The position numbers and the translations under genes are program-made. The notes under the pieces were generated by a model. That model was given only the letters and a program-made list of their open reading frames with translations. It had not been told where the DNA came from and ran no database searches. From Octopus bimaculoides (taxonomy: Eukaryota), in the NCBI RefSeq assembly GCF_001194135.2, contig NC_068983.1:17803905-17867904 (forward strand): a DNA stretch of 64,000 bases. The letters are read 5' to 3'. Positions 13,404-26,617 of the stretch are shown in pieces (within the stretch, counting starts at the first letter, position 1; each line of letters begins with the position of its first letter).

Positions 13404-13615
13404 AGGCGGTGAGCTGGCAGAATCGTTAGCACGCCAGGCGGAATGCTTAGCGGTATTTCGTCTGCCGCTACATTCTGAGTTCAAATCCCACCGAGGTCGA
13501 CTTTGCCTTTCATCCTTTCAGGTCGATAAACTAAGTACCAATTAAGTATTGGAGTCGATGTAATCGACTAGTCACCTACACCTAATTAACGGCTTTGTGC
13601 CTCCAGTAGAAAGGG
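13404..13615 (+). mobile_element. SINE family B, second of a tandem pair
   Basis: aggcggtgagctggcagaatcgttagc...gaggtcgactttgcctttcatcc...gatgtaatcgact. Confidence 0.85.
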
Positions 13616-14159
13616 TTATTGTAATTGACCCTCACGAAAAAAATAGCCTCGGTCGTGACCCAGGGATGTCTTTAAAATTTTCACCTTTTTCATCTGCCTT
13701 CGGTTGAAAAATTTTGTCACTTATATAGAGAAATGAATCTGCTTTTGTTTGGTCGAAATCCTCCTTGAAACAAAATTTGTCGAATGTTGTTTGGAAAAAC
13801 GTCGTTTGTTTTAGCAAATAAACCAAAGAACTCTTATGAAATAATAATAACCACCTATCAGATATAACACACAAGGAATGAAAGTGTATATGTGTGTGAC
13901 TATANNNNNNNNNNNNNNNNNNNNNNNNNNNNNNNNNNNNNNNNNNNNNNNNNNNNNNNNNNNNNNNNNNNNNNNNNNNNNNNNNNNNNNNNNNNNNNNN
14001 NNNNNNNNNNNNNNNNNNNNNNNNNNNNNNNNNNNNNNNNNNNNNNNNNNNNNNNNNNNNNNNNNNNNNNNNNNNNNNNNNNNNNNNNNNNNNNNNNNNN
14101 NNNNNNNNNNNNNNNNNNNNNNNNNNNNNNNNNNNNNNNNNNNNNNNNNNNNNNNNNNN

Positions 14160-14325
14160 GTATACATACAAGCATATATGGGTACAGGACATCACAAAAA
14201 ACGTTAAACACAATGAGAAACGAAAACATAAAGACGAAGACAGAAAACGAACGTTTTTCGAACAACGAAAAAAAACAAACAGAGAAACGAGACATGCAAC
14301 ATAAAGAATATTTCCCTTCTAAAGT
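14160..14325. repeat. Dispersed repeat family C (copy 1)
   Basis: caagcatatatgg..acaggacatcacaaaaaacgttaaacacaatgagaaacg...cagagaaacgagacatgcaacataaagaatatt is near-identical to 26618-26790. Confidence 0.85.
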
Positions 14326-15066
14326 TCCTGTTCCAGAGAGAGAGAGAGGGAGAGAGAGAGGAGAGAGAGAGCAAAGAGACAAATTTTTACCAAGGTTTTG
14401 CAAGTAACAGTAGTATTGCTTCTGTGACAACTGCAGACAACGCCAGAGAGGCGGGAAAACCTCACTGTCGCTTGCTTCGAATCAACTCACTGATACCGAA
14501 AGAAATACCAGCAGCAAGAACAACAACATCAGCGACAATAACAGGAATTATAACATGTGCAAGAACACCAGCGGAAAAGGTGACAAGACTAACGGACGTT
14601 TATTCAAATTCAATGAAGATTTCCCAAATTTTATACATTTTAAAGAAAGTAAGAATATCATTAGTACAATTAATAGTAACATCAGAGGCGTATATTGGGA
14701 ACATGACTAGAATTGTTCTGCCACAGACTCTAACACCACTACTTTAGCTTCGTCACAGCAAGGAACAGCAAGTGCACTAACCACTATCACAGCCGCCACA
14801 ACAACGATCACTACTAAATATAGCAAATCTGTTTCAAGAAATTCAGTTCTACTTGTAAACGGCGAATAATTTAGACGAGCCCATCATTTTGTAAAACGAG
14901 CGCCAATGAGCGTAAAAGTGTTAAATTATTTTGGCAAATGCATTGGAAGGGCATCAAGAGGAAAACTGATCGTTTCGTAAACTTGGAGCACTGATAGGCC
15001 GAAAATGACTAGAAAGCATATGGTATCAAAGCTTTCGCCTTCTTTGGGAAGAAATTTCGGAAGAAT

Positions 15067-15741
15067 TTGGATCTTGTTCAAAACGGGGGCACTAGTTTTC
15101 ATTAATGTTTTATGTAGTGTTTTTGGTACCGAAAGACTTTCAAACTTCGTATACTTATCTATTTTGTGTTATAGAACAGAAAAAAAAATTTGTATTCGGA
15201 TTTATTTCATGTAAAAAATTGTCTTATTTCGATAATTTCAACCAATCACTGACAAGTATTCAGCTGTTTACAAGTTACTCCTTTGGCATTTTAAGCGGTG
15301 TAAAGCGTATTTAATCTCTATTACTTCTGACATTTTGCAGAGGCAACACACGTGTGTTCGTTTTCCCTAACCCTANNNNNNNNNNCTAATTGACTTGCTC
15401 CTTCCCTCAAAAACCATGCCTTGTGCCTATAATAGAAAGGTTTATTAGCTACTGCCAATATGCTTCAGCCATTTTTTGACAAGGAAATAATAATTTTATC
15501 ACCGCCGAGATTCGTTTGTTTACATAGTCAGCACTTAATTTATACGGCTGAATGGACGTCAGTCATTGGTTGAAATTACAGACATACGACAACTTTAACA
15601 TGAAATAACTTGCGATGTACGTTTTTTTCTTAAGAAGACTAAGAGAAAAAGATGTTTTATATGACACATTCTACTAGTGTCCCAAGTTTCAAAGTGTTTC
15701 GTTAAGAAAATACTAGTGCCCCCGTTTTGAACAAGATCCAA
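15067..15741. mobile_element. Fold-back/MITE-like element with long inverted arms
   Basis: Perfect 30-bp inverted repeat at 15067-15096 and 15712-15741, with further degenerate inverted similarity inward (aatttcaaccaat(c/g)actgac in both arms). Confidence 0.7.
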
Positions 15742-15849
15742 GAATTTGTCTTTGAAAACGAGGCACAATCTCAACCTATATTTCCTTTAATTAATGAGGA
15801 AGCATTATTAAATCCTTCCTATATGGAGAAAAAATCTGAAGAGAGAAGA

Positions 15850-16100
15850 CATTGGTGGTAGAAAGCCACTTTAAAAAGCAATAAAGACGTAAGAGGTGCG
15901 TCTTACTCGTAGAAAAACTTCAAAAGATGAGCGGATGAACGAGAATTGTTAGGAAGATGATTTTGCAAACAGAACCGAAAAACGTAAAAATACCCGACAT
16001 TCCTATACTCCCAAACGTTACAGAGCTGTCGGTAGTGGTGGAGGGTAGAAAAAACTTGTGCGCAGTATCACCACACATCTAACAGTTTTCCACCACAAAA
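15850..16100 (+). pseudogene. Possible decayed third ORF1 of the Tx1-like family
   Basis: Hand translation ILQTEPKNVKIPDIPILPNVTELSVVVEGRKNLC resembles IIQAEEEQLESMAETVTLGEIVLRVWVEGRIPQC and IPETLELPNEEKLAIMLERRPQKC. The zinc knuckle is lost. Confidence 0.35.
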
Positions 16101-16659
16101 CTGGCCGGCAGATGGCAAAATTGCGCACTTTTTCATTCCACAGCCAAGAACATCAAAAAGAGGAAAACCAATATCAATATAAACCCCACAAAGCCTCATG
16201 GAATAGCGAAGCAGAATAAACATAATGGACAAGAAGAAGAGGTGTAGTAGTTTAAACTACGCCCAAAGAAGCATCAGCAACAACAATAAGAAGTTGAAAG
16301 TCGGAAGCGAGGTGCTTAACTCAATTGAATTTATTGACAGATGGGCGAAAGAGGCGAAAATAGAAAAAGTGTATGTTTGATCTAAGTATGAAGCTGTAAA
16401 TCTGAAAACGCTGGTAGTAGAAAGTGCAGATGTTGGATATGTGGACTTCCTCATATAGTTCTATATGGAGGCCCTCCAGTGTCAGGCGCACTGCAACATC
16501 ATCTTTCGTTATTTGTATACCATCAACACTTCTATTTCATGTCTTCTTTGCCTCATTAAATTTGCCTTTTGCAAAATCCCTATACTTTACATATCACCTG
16601 TATCTGTTGGCAAATAGAAAAAAACCGTTATGAAAATCCATCCTCCTCCTCCTCATCAT

Positions 16660-16810
16660 CGGGCATTAAGAGAATCTTGAGAGAGCACATAAAATGCTTT
16701 ACAATAATTTTTCCGTTTCTTTACGCTCTGTTTCCAAATCCCACCGAAGTAAATTTTGCCTTTCAGCTCTACGAAGCTGATAAAATAAAGTAACATTCAA
16801 GTACTGAAAT
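16660..16810 (+). mobile_element. SINE family B, degenerate
   Basis: tctgtttccaaatcccaccgaagtaaattttgcctttcagc resembles the family B core. Confidence 0.55.
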
Positions 16811-16849
16811 GAAAATAAGCTATTGGGAAGTGCGTTAGTACACTGCCTT

Positions 16850-18500
16850 CCTTATAAGAGCTGGTTGCAAACACGAATAATCCTCAGTAGGTATATCCAT
16901 GACAACTTTCATTTCATGAGATACATCTTGAGAAATAAACCTGACTTCGGCCGGCGTTCTGATCAAATTGGAAAAGCTGAAAGCTTTTGGTTACGTCAAC
17001 CATCGTTACTTGGCAGCTGTCCTCAAATAATAATTTCAGTTCACTTTCAGAGCGGCAACTACACAGTAGTCGCCATAAATGGCCATATATCGGGACCGTT
17101 TCGAGACGCGCGCATGGAACGGTATGCGTGTACAGATTCTCTTGACTGCTGCAAGATCTGGAGTTGTTGATCAGCATCCTATTCGAACTTGGTTGTAGAC
17201 GTTCAGTATCGACATATGCGGACGATATCGTTGTTAATTGAATAGGAGACCTAACAGATGGTTTTGACTGGAATGTAAAGAGTGACTGGAGTAAATTTGA
17301 ATCCCATCATATCGATGATCTTGCGACTCCTCGTCAGGGCAGGTCGGTCCATGTCATCGGACTGTGTGACGGGAACGCTAGAGAAACGGGAAATCTGTTT
17401 GGTATTAATCTCCAGGATCCGAAGCAAGATTGCAATAAAAATGAATAATGCTATATACAAAAAATATTAGGTGAAGCTATCCTTGAAACATCGGGTTGAG
17501 ATGATGAACGCTTCTATCACCTCCAGTAAGTATTGATGCCAGACTATCGTGCTTTGCTTTAGGTTTCACCTGACTACATTCGTTTCTTGTAAAAGTAACA
17601 TCCCCGGAAAGAACGGTTCAGTAGGTCGTGGCTATTGATGCGTAGACATACCCTGAAACTGTAACATTAACAAAGATTCCTTGACAGTAAAGAGGCTTGG
17701 TCGTCTCATTCAAGAACATCTTTCCACAACCTTGAAAGAGCTGAAGTCCTGGTCAATCAAAAAGCAAATAATGAGCGTCTATCATCCGGAATGTTGTCTG
17801 ACGCTAACAGCCCTTTAACTATTGGGCATTATGGTTGGTGTACCTTCCATATTGGCATTCTATAGAGAACTGGTCGTAGGGAAAAGAGCGACGATATTTC
17901 CAACGACGTTCGCGTTGAATCAACTAGGTTCTCTATTCTGAAGAAGTGTCGGCCCAGAAACTATGAATTATTTCTATAGATCCCTGTGATACCGGTAGTA
18001 TTGCCACTTCAAGTGTAACTTTTACAGGCATGTAAGTGCCGTCAGCTGGGTCGGTCTGCGACGAGCACAGATTGAAGAAACCTTTCTATGCACATGCATT
18101 CTATGTCCAAATATTTGTTCCCTTAAGTAGAAGGTATCCGGCTATTGGTCAAGTTCTTTATGAAGATCGTTCCACTACTTTCTTCATCCGGAAAGATCAG
18201 GCAGTTTTCCTCTGTCTGGCATTTATGGCAAAATATGTTGTGTGATAGCCTGAAGGCAGACCCTTTTCTCTTTGGTGAAGCACTTATCATTCATCAAGAT
18301 AGAAGAATGAAAATTTATGCAGTTTTCCATACATTGTCTCTAATCTAGAACCTCTCAATCACTTGAACACATGATTTAGAGTCCTTCCTACACTCGATCA
18401 CATCCAGATTTCCGACCTTAGACTGGCTTATGAGCTGTTCTAGTTTTTTTTCAGCCTTGAAGGTCTTGAGAAAAGGTAATAGGCACTTTCCTACACATTT
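16850..18500 (-). pseudogene. Heavily decayed Tx1/L1-like ORF2 (reverse transcriptase region)
   Basis: Minus-strand remnants ILLRILE, LIDQDF and GHLWRLL lie in the same order as RT motifs and as LRHLW in the 32.6-33.4 kb fragment. Many stops and frameshifts. Confidence 0.45.
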
Positions 18501-19019
18501 AGACTAAGTTGTACACAAAACTATATTACTCTGGCATGTTATAGTTGATCTACTTTATTTAGTATCGGTACTAATGTATATCCATCTAATATCTCCAATA
18601 TCTGTAACTATTATATGTTATTAACTACTTATGGATAATGAAGCAATGTTATGATGTGGTTTGTTTCCCTGCTTTCTTGATATCTTCAGGCTGCTGTTTA
18701 CAAACATTTATCTTCACGATAACACTTCTCTTCCTCTAGTAAAATGCTGTATCTTTTCAGTTGAACAACCAGCCTGTAATAAATTATAGATCTGCATGTT
18801 GTTAGTTATATCCTGCATTTCTTTTAAGTATAACATACATATAAGTATAAAGTCCGTCAAAGAGTAAGAAAAGCTTTCACAGACGAACTAGCCAGAGTTG
18901 GATAAGCTCCATCAGGTTATCTGCACCTGCCCTTTGAATTATATTATGATGGCGCAGAATAATGCAGATAGTATACCGTACCTGTTTGGGCCGGTATGAA
19001 TTGAATTGTATCATCCACT

Positions 19020-21700
19020 GCGGAAAATACCTTTACTTTTGGAACTTGGAAATTATATATCTTTTGTCAGTGTGAAAAAGTGCAGCAACTAACTTATGAG
19101 ATGGAGAGATATTCTTGGAATATTGTAAGGATTGTTAAGACCAGTTGGGCAAAATGTGGAGAATTTATGACAGAAGATAAATATAAAATATAGTTTAACG
19201 GCCTGGGAAGCAAACATAAAATCTGTGGGTTTCATGCTGCATAAAAAATAAATGCCTCAAAGTTAGTAATACTTTACATCGGGATTTCCTGCAGAATGTG
19301 CAACAATACGACAGACGGTAAAACACAGTATTTTAATGATCAAAATTTATGTTCCTACAAGCGATTACGATGATGAAGAAATTCTATCAAGATACAGAAA
19401 AAATATATATAATTGGTAAAAATAGTATGTTTCAAGTTAATGGGGATGCAAAATTTGGATTAGATGTTCAAGATATTTGGAAAAGAACCTGTTTGTAACT
19501 ATAACTTGGAAAATAATGGTATGGAAGTGAGATGATTAGAAAATGTAGAAGAACACAAACTAATTATAGGAAATATATATCAGCACAACCGTCATGAACA
19601 ATAACATAGCTTCCTCAGAGCGTTATATAATAATCATATCGACTTTATTCGCTTCAGAAGAGATCTGTCTATTATAAATGAAATAGAGAAACGTTTTTTC
19701 TTTTGCAATTGTAAATACAGGCAGTGATCACAAAGCTTTAGTCACGTCTTACACCAAGTAGGGATAAAATATTACTTTGGAAACTTTAAAGGACTCAGCG
19801 TAGTTGTTTAATTTAAGGCGCGGATAAGAGAAACATTCGCACCTTTGATATACATAATTTGATGGAAATAATCAAAGAATTATCAGTTTCATTTGATGAC
19901 CTGATACATCAAAAATCGTTATGACTCATGATAGAAGGAATAAAATTAAGAAGCCTTGGATAAATGGTTTTTAATCAGATGTAATAACAAAAGAGATCTG
20001 GAAGAGAAACAATATGGAAACGAGGCAACAGAAATGGAATATATATTAGTAAAAAGGAAAATAGTAGCAAAAAGTATATAACACAATAAGATACAATGTG
20101 TTACGAAAAAGGTAGCCAAATAAAAGCTCATAATAAGGAAAGTGTCTCAAAATAAGTGTTCTAAATGGTTAAAGATCTCACGAGAAACTGTATATCTAAG
20201 TGACAGATTATTTCAGCTAATCATTGTAAAACATTAACCAAAGAAAATGACGTTTCTCATAGACGGAGAGAATATTATCATGTACTTTATTGTGACGAAG
20301 CAGGAGTAGATAGCACGTTTTAAAGCAATCCAGAAGGAAATTTACCTTTAATACACAGCAAAACCTAGGAATCACTTCAAAAATTACTTAGGCAAATAAA
20401 GGAATAAAATGTTATAAATTCCTTGCAAGACACATGGATGAAGAAGAGATAACACTAAAGCAAATAGTGAATATATCCCCGAGAGTGCTTGCCAGAATTG
20501 CATAGTCCAATAAATAAATTGACAGAATTCTTTGTTATATCACTGCCAACGAAGTGAAGGACCAAAACACAGGTGTTGAAACAACTGTACACTTAATTTA
20601 ATTTACAATCCAGGAAATTGTTTGTTAATGTGATTTGCTTCCTTGAATGTTACAAATAATACAAATAATAGAGAAACACAGGAGGCTGTTTTGCAAGAAC
20701 GGAAAAACATCGGCGAGAGAATGTGTAGTAAAATATCCTAATAGAAAAATTAGAACAACATTTAGACCTCTACAAGAAGTGCATAGACTTTTGACCATGT
20801 GCAGTATGTGACACTGTAATTTGTTGTGAGACCATATACCACCATCCTACTTATAACAAATGATATTAAATCTTTACATGCAAAAAGGAAATAGTTTCGT
20901 GCGAAGCTAGAGTATGTTCTTTCACCAAGCCTTTTCAATATATCACTATAATGCACACGGACGGAAGTCAGATCGTCTTTGAAAGGAAATATTAAAATGA
21001 GCAGAAAAGTCAGTAATCTCCGTTTTGTTAAGGATAATGATTTAATAAGACACAATGAGAAAGAATCTGTAGATCTTACAATAGTCATCATACATCTGCA
21101 TAATATGAAACGACAGTAATTATTCATAAATGCAGAAAAATGGTAACTAGTAAGAACAAAAAGAGGATCAATCCAATTGAGATATCTGCTTAATCATGAT
21201 GAATTTAAATATTTCGGAAGAATAGTAATAGAAGATGAGATCAAAGAAAGAAATAAAATGCCGGATTGCAGCTTCTACAGCGATTTTAATAAAATTAAAA
21301 CCTGTCTGGAAAAGGTGGTAAGACTAAAATACAAGAATTCATTGAAGGATAATGGTAATTTTAACTACACTTTACGGGTATGAATTGCTGATGTTGCTTG
21401 AGGAAAGTGAGAAAAATATTATGGCGTTCGATATTTTATACACAGATATTTCGCATTCTGAATGCAGAACATCAAACTAACAAGTGTTAAAAGAAAATCT
21501 TTGGATAAACTGTAAACTATAAAGCTATATTGTAAATTGCCAACAGATGGAAACAGATGGAAAATTAAGTTGTTCGTGTTACAATTCTGTTACACTACTA
21601 ACAGTAGTAGGTTTGATCAAACAAGAACAATCCCTCGCTAAAAAGGAATAGGAAAACTGAATGGTTGATTCAGCAACATGAAGGAATGAACAGAGAGAAC
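19020..21700 (+). mobile_element. Decayed RTE-clade LINE (APE endonuclease + RT)
   Basis: Remnants FGTW...QQLTYEMERYSWNIV, IKIYVPTSDYDDEE, NHIDFI, GSDHKALV (endonuclease), then SPSLFNI, SNLRFVKD and FKYFG (RT). Confidence 0.8.
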
Positions 21701-22632
21701 GATGGTGGAAAATTTGAGGTTTGTTGAAATCTGGATAGCATAGAAGGGAGTCTTGTCTTTATTTTAGATCTTACAACAGTCATTTTCAATTACAGGTCAC
21801 TCTTTATTATGTCACTAATCGAATTATTCTTGATTTGCTGACTCCGGTCAGCTTTTATTTATTCAAATCAAAACATGTTTTAACTCTTTAATCCAACATC
21901 TATTGTCTAATGCAACGTTTTCTGACAATCCATGTAATGCATTTTTCTACTTCAACATCTCATATTTGTGCACCGTCGATATTCACCTCTGCGTAAAAGG
22001 CTTTTGGACTGATTCTGGTAGATAGCGTTCTACTTGGGTATATAAGTTTCAACATACTTATCCTAATACGTTTCTCTTGTTTTTTAACTGTCAAATGCTC
22101 CATGATTGCTATAATGACGTTTTCTGTCGCCCTCCTTTCTTCGTATATACAGTTTATCAACATGGTGCATTATTAGTGACATTCTCATTCTATCATATCA
22201 CATTCTATATATTATGCCAAGAAGGATTGTTGATCTATTTAAGAATATTCTTACCATTGCGATTCGTTTTCACGATCTTCCTAGACATTTTCTCATTTTC
22301 TTCTCTACCCTTACCTCTCACTTCTTCATGATACGATTCTTCATCTGTCGCAGTACCCTGCACACTTATATCTCGGTAGTTTAGTGTTCTGATACCGGTT
22401 CTATTTACTTGGATTATGTTACTCATTTGAAAAGGTACGTACTAAATTATTATAACTTTTTCCTCCTCTCCTCTGAGACTTGATGTATGCTAGGTCATAT
22501 AATTCATGTCTCAACTTGGAAGTTTTGTGGTATTTGTTCCGATTCCTTATATTCAGAGTTCCGATGCCAGTTTTGTCCTTAACCTTCCGAAGTCGATAAA
22601 ATATATACCAGAAAGAATTCGATGTAATAGGT

Positions 22633-22812
22633 TCAGAACACTCCATAACTACCACCGCCACCACTGCCATAGCTGCATTCACCAATTCTGCCACTGCCAA
22701 TGTCAGCACCACTAATGTCACCACCGCTAATGCCGCCTTCGCCAATACCGCCACCTCCAATACCATCACCACCAATGCCGACAAGGCCACCACCACCGCC
22801 ACCACTAGTAGT
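22633..22812 (-). other. Glycine-rich pentapeptide repeat, possible exon or pseudo-exon
   Basis: Stop-to-stop frame TTSGGGGGGLVG-IGGDG-IGGGG-IGEGG-ISGGD-ISGAD-IGSGR-IGECS-YGSGG-GGS-YGVF*, with 15-bp periodicity. There is no ATG in frame. Confidence 0.35.
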
Positions 22813-24296
22813 TTAATCTTGCAATATATAGAAAATACAGTGTCATGCAATCATAAACTACTGCCATGCTTGGCAAACGAGTACCCACTACTGAAGACAT
22901 CCAACAAGATCGAAATCACATGGTCTGATGGTCTCAAATTTAGGATGGCATGAGTTATCTCCCGCTTGCAATAAACATCAAGTGCATAAAACAAACTAAA
23001 TAAACCAGCTGGAGGAGATGTCTTCCTGGAGTTAAATTTGCAGTATCATCGTCTCTTACAGAACACCCACGTTGAAACGGAGAACAAAATGACATTTTCG
23101 TTTGTATACAGCTTCTATCTTGAACAGAGATTTTCTAAAGGATTACTTTCCATATTAATGCACATATATACATATCTATATTCTCACATAAATATACATA
23201 AACACATCACATATATATATATATATATATATATAATCCTTATTATTGTTGTTGCTACACACACACATACGCATGTACACACATATGCATTAATGTATTG
23301 CCATATTAACATTGAGCAGCCAGCGATGCCTGAAACTGGTAACAAGTGTATAACTGTGATATAGGTTTATGTGGATAATGTGTATATATGTAATTTATAA
23401 TGCATAGAAAATATAAATCACAGTTGAACATGTGTATGTCCTTGTATTAATTCATATATACATGCATATATGCGTACCTGCATACATAAATGCATACATA
23501 CACGCGTGTACGCAAACTCACAATGTTCTTATGAAGAATATATGCATGCAAACATGAAGGTATGTATGTGTATTTGCAAATTTCTGAATATGTAGAGAGA
23601 GTGAGTTGGGGCGAAAGAAGCGAACAGAATGAATCTTTATATATGATATATTTGCATGCGTGTGTGTATATGTGTGTGCGCGTGAATATTTGAAATAAAG
23701 AGAAGGCAGCAGCTGAGGAGAGACAGAAAGAGAGGTGAGCGAGGCAATAATGTAAGGTGTACCATGTAAACCGTGTTCAATTATGTTTTAATCATAGAGC
23801 AATCTCGGAATAGATCGTGTTACTAATGTCATTTCAACATGAACCGGAGAACAATACCCCAGAGAGTTGCTCAGAACTCATTGCAAACCTAACATAGGGC
23901 CTAAAATTTCTCCACAAACATAGATGATTAAATAGATCGTGTTCAATATATCGTAAGCTAATGGATTGGATTTCTTTCACGATCGAGGTGTCATAAAGAA
24001 AGCAAATTAATAGGCTGACCTGCAATGGTATTATATGTGACCTGAGACAAATATAACGGAACTATTAATCTTTTCAAGTGTATAGATGATAATGTTGTCC
24101 TTAACAGCATTCAGTAAAAATCGCTTCTAGCTTTGCATGAATTTGTCATTTGTTTCAGTCGACGATGATTTCTGAAACATACTCCAGCATTTGATTATAT
24201 AAAACCCTTGAGCTTTTGTTTGTAATTTGATTTATGGTATGTTGACAGAGTTGCCATGCTGCTACACACAACCCCATATATAAAGGCAGTGTGCGC

Positions 24297-24347
<51 letters not shown>

Positions 24348-24407
24348 TATATATATGTATACATACGTATATGTGGATATATAGAGGCACACACATTTAC
24401 ATGTATG

Positions 24408-24444
<37 letters not shown>

Positions 24445-24514
24445 AATATATGAGCAAATGCATATATATATACATGTATGTATATACGTTCATCTGCATG
24501 TACATATAGATACA

Positions 24515-24800
24515 TAACTGGGTACATGACGTAGCAAAAGAACAAGGACAAAATGGTAAACAAGGTGCAACAAACAAGCAGGCCACATAGAAACATCCCC
24601 TTCATCAGCTGCCACCATTAAAACTCCGGCGTTTCGAAGAATTAAGGCAGTACGCATCGTTAAAATGGTTCTTCCCACGAACACAAATTAAATTGTTTTC
24701 GTGGACGGTAGTGGCGGACGGAAAACAAGACAGGAAAACGAAACGGTGAAATAAACAAACAAAAAGGCTGTACAGCCAGACGTGAAGTGTGTATGTCTTG
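24515..24800 (-). repeat. Unclassified repeat resembling Penelope-terminal sequences
   Basis: The minus strand carries TTC-GAAACGCCGGAGT...CAG-CTGATGA-AGGGG; a similar motif (CTGAAGAAGGG) adjoins family C at 26760. Confidence 0.35.
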
Positions 24801-25784
24801 AACTNNNNNNNNNNNNNNNNNNNNNNNNNNNNNNNNNNNNNNNNNNNNNNNNNNNNNNNNNNNNNNNNNNNNNNNNNNNNNNNNNNNNNNNNNNNNNNNN
24901 NNNNNNNNNNNNNNNNNNNNNNNNNNNNNNNNNNNNNNNNNNNNNNNNNNNNNNNNNNNNNNNNNNNNNNNNNNNNNNNNNNNNNNNNNNNNNNNNNNNN
25001 NNNNNNNNNNNNNNNNNNNNNNNNNNNNNNNNNNNNNNNNNNNNNNNNNNNNNNNNNNNNNNNNNNNNNNNNNNNNNNNNNNNNNNNNNNNNNNNNNNNN
25101 NNNNNNNNNNNNNNNNNNNNNNNNNNNNNNNNNNNNNNNNNNNNNNNNNNNNNNNNNNNNNNNNNNNNNNNNNNNNNNNNNNNNNNNNNNNNNNNNNNNN
25201 NNNNNNNNNNNNNNNNNNNNNNNNNNNNNNNNNNNNNNNNNNNNNNNNNNNNNNNNNNNNNNNNNNNNNNNNNNNNNNNNNNNNNNNNNNNNNNNNNNNN
25301 NNNNNNNNNNNNNNNNNNNNNNNNNNNNNNNNNNNNNNNNNNNNNNNNNNNNNNNNNNNNNNNNNNNNNNNNNNNNTATATTTATATAGATATAACTGCA
25401 GCTCCGTATTTGTTTTCTGCAAATACGCACACACATGCATATACATATACGCATATATATATATATATATAGTGTGTGTGTGTGTGTGCGTGTGTGCGCG
25501 TGTGTGTGTGTGTGTGCGTGTGTGTGGATATGTGTGTGTGTGTGATTGGTGTGTGACAATGAAACATGCAGAAAGGAACAGAAAAGTTATTGCATATATC
25601 AGGCAGTGGAAAAGGATCTTCCATAATGAGGAAAGATCCAGGACTGACGACAGGTGCTGCTTAATTTGTTACTTTGTATTTATGCGTTCAAATCTGAAAA
25701 ATATTTTCCACTCTCATTGTACATTCATACAGTTGATTATTGCTATTCTTATAGGGCTAAAAATACATGGTCCTGATGCCGAGG

Positions 25785-25910
25785 ATCAAACAAAATGTTT
25801 TGTGCGTCGGGGAAATGAAGTATGGTATTCGAACTCTGAGTTCAAATTCTGTTGAGGACATACTTTCAACGCCTCTTTCCCAGGGTCGAAGAATTAAAGT
25901 GCCAAATTTG
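25785..25910 (+). mobile_element. SINE family B, degenerate
   Basis: ggtattcg..ctctgagttcaaattctgttgagg...cagggtcgaagaattaaagtgcca. Confidence 0.6.
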
Positions 25911-26196
25911 AAATGAAGTAATGAGATCATTGTTATCACTCACAGTATGAATTCCAACTTCAGCTGCGCTGCACTTTGAAGGAAGGGTGAAAGATAGTTC
26001 ACAATGTACCTTTAGTTCAAGACCAAACATTTTTTTTTATCGAAATAGAAGAATGCAGTGACAAGGCTCGGGCAGAATATATAGTATGATGGTAGTGATA
26101 CGAAGTTAAGTAAAATCTTGACCTCATTTCCTGATACACACGCACACAAACATACACATACACACGCATATATGTATATAAACACACACACACACA

Positions 26197-26248
<52 letters not shown>

Positions 26249-26617
26249 NNNNNNNNNNNNNNNNNNNNNNNNNNNNNNNNNNNNNNNNNNNNNNNNNNNN
26301 NNNNNNNNNNNNNNNNNNNNNNNNNNNNNNNNNNNNNNNNNNNNNNNNNNNNNNNNNNNNNNNNNNNNNNNNNNNNNNNNNNNNNNNNNNNNNNNNNNNN
26401 NNNNNNNNNNNNNNNNNNNNNNNNNNNNNNNNNNNNNNNNNNNNNNNNNNNNNNNNNNNNNNNNNNNNNNNNNNNNNNNNNNNNNNNNNNNNNNNNNNNN
26501 NNNNNNNNNNNNNNNNNNNNNNNNNNNNNNNNNNNNNNNTATACATATATAACATAAATAATGTATAATTATATGCATATATCCATATATATATGTATAT
26601 ACCGACATCTATATGTA

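Noticed and set aside
14400-14860. 107-aa Thr/Ala-rich ORF as a host exon
   Set aside because: ACA/CAA-rich low-complexity sequence with stops in all frames nearby and no recognisable domain.
15365-15390. ccctaacccta as an interstitial telomere
   Set aside because: Under two units are visible before a gap, and it adjoins a SINE tail; there is not enough sequence to call.
22419-22850. 143-aa Val/Ala-rich ORF as a membrane protein
   Set aside because: It is an alternative frame of the GGT-rich repeat. Hydrophobicity follows from base composition, and the Gly frame shows the cleaner periodicity.
22995-23045. ccagctggaggagatgtc(t/c)tcctgg shared with 59925-59955
   Set aside because: A short fragment of an unclassified dispersed repeat with no supporting structure or context.
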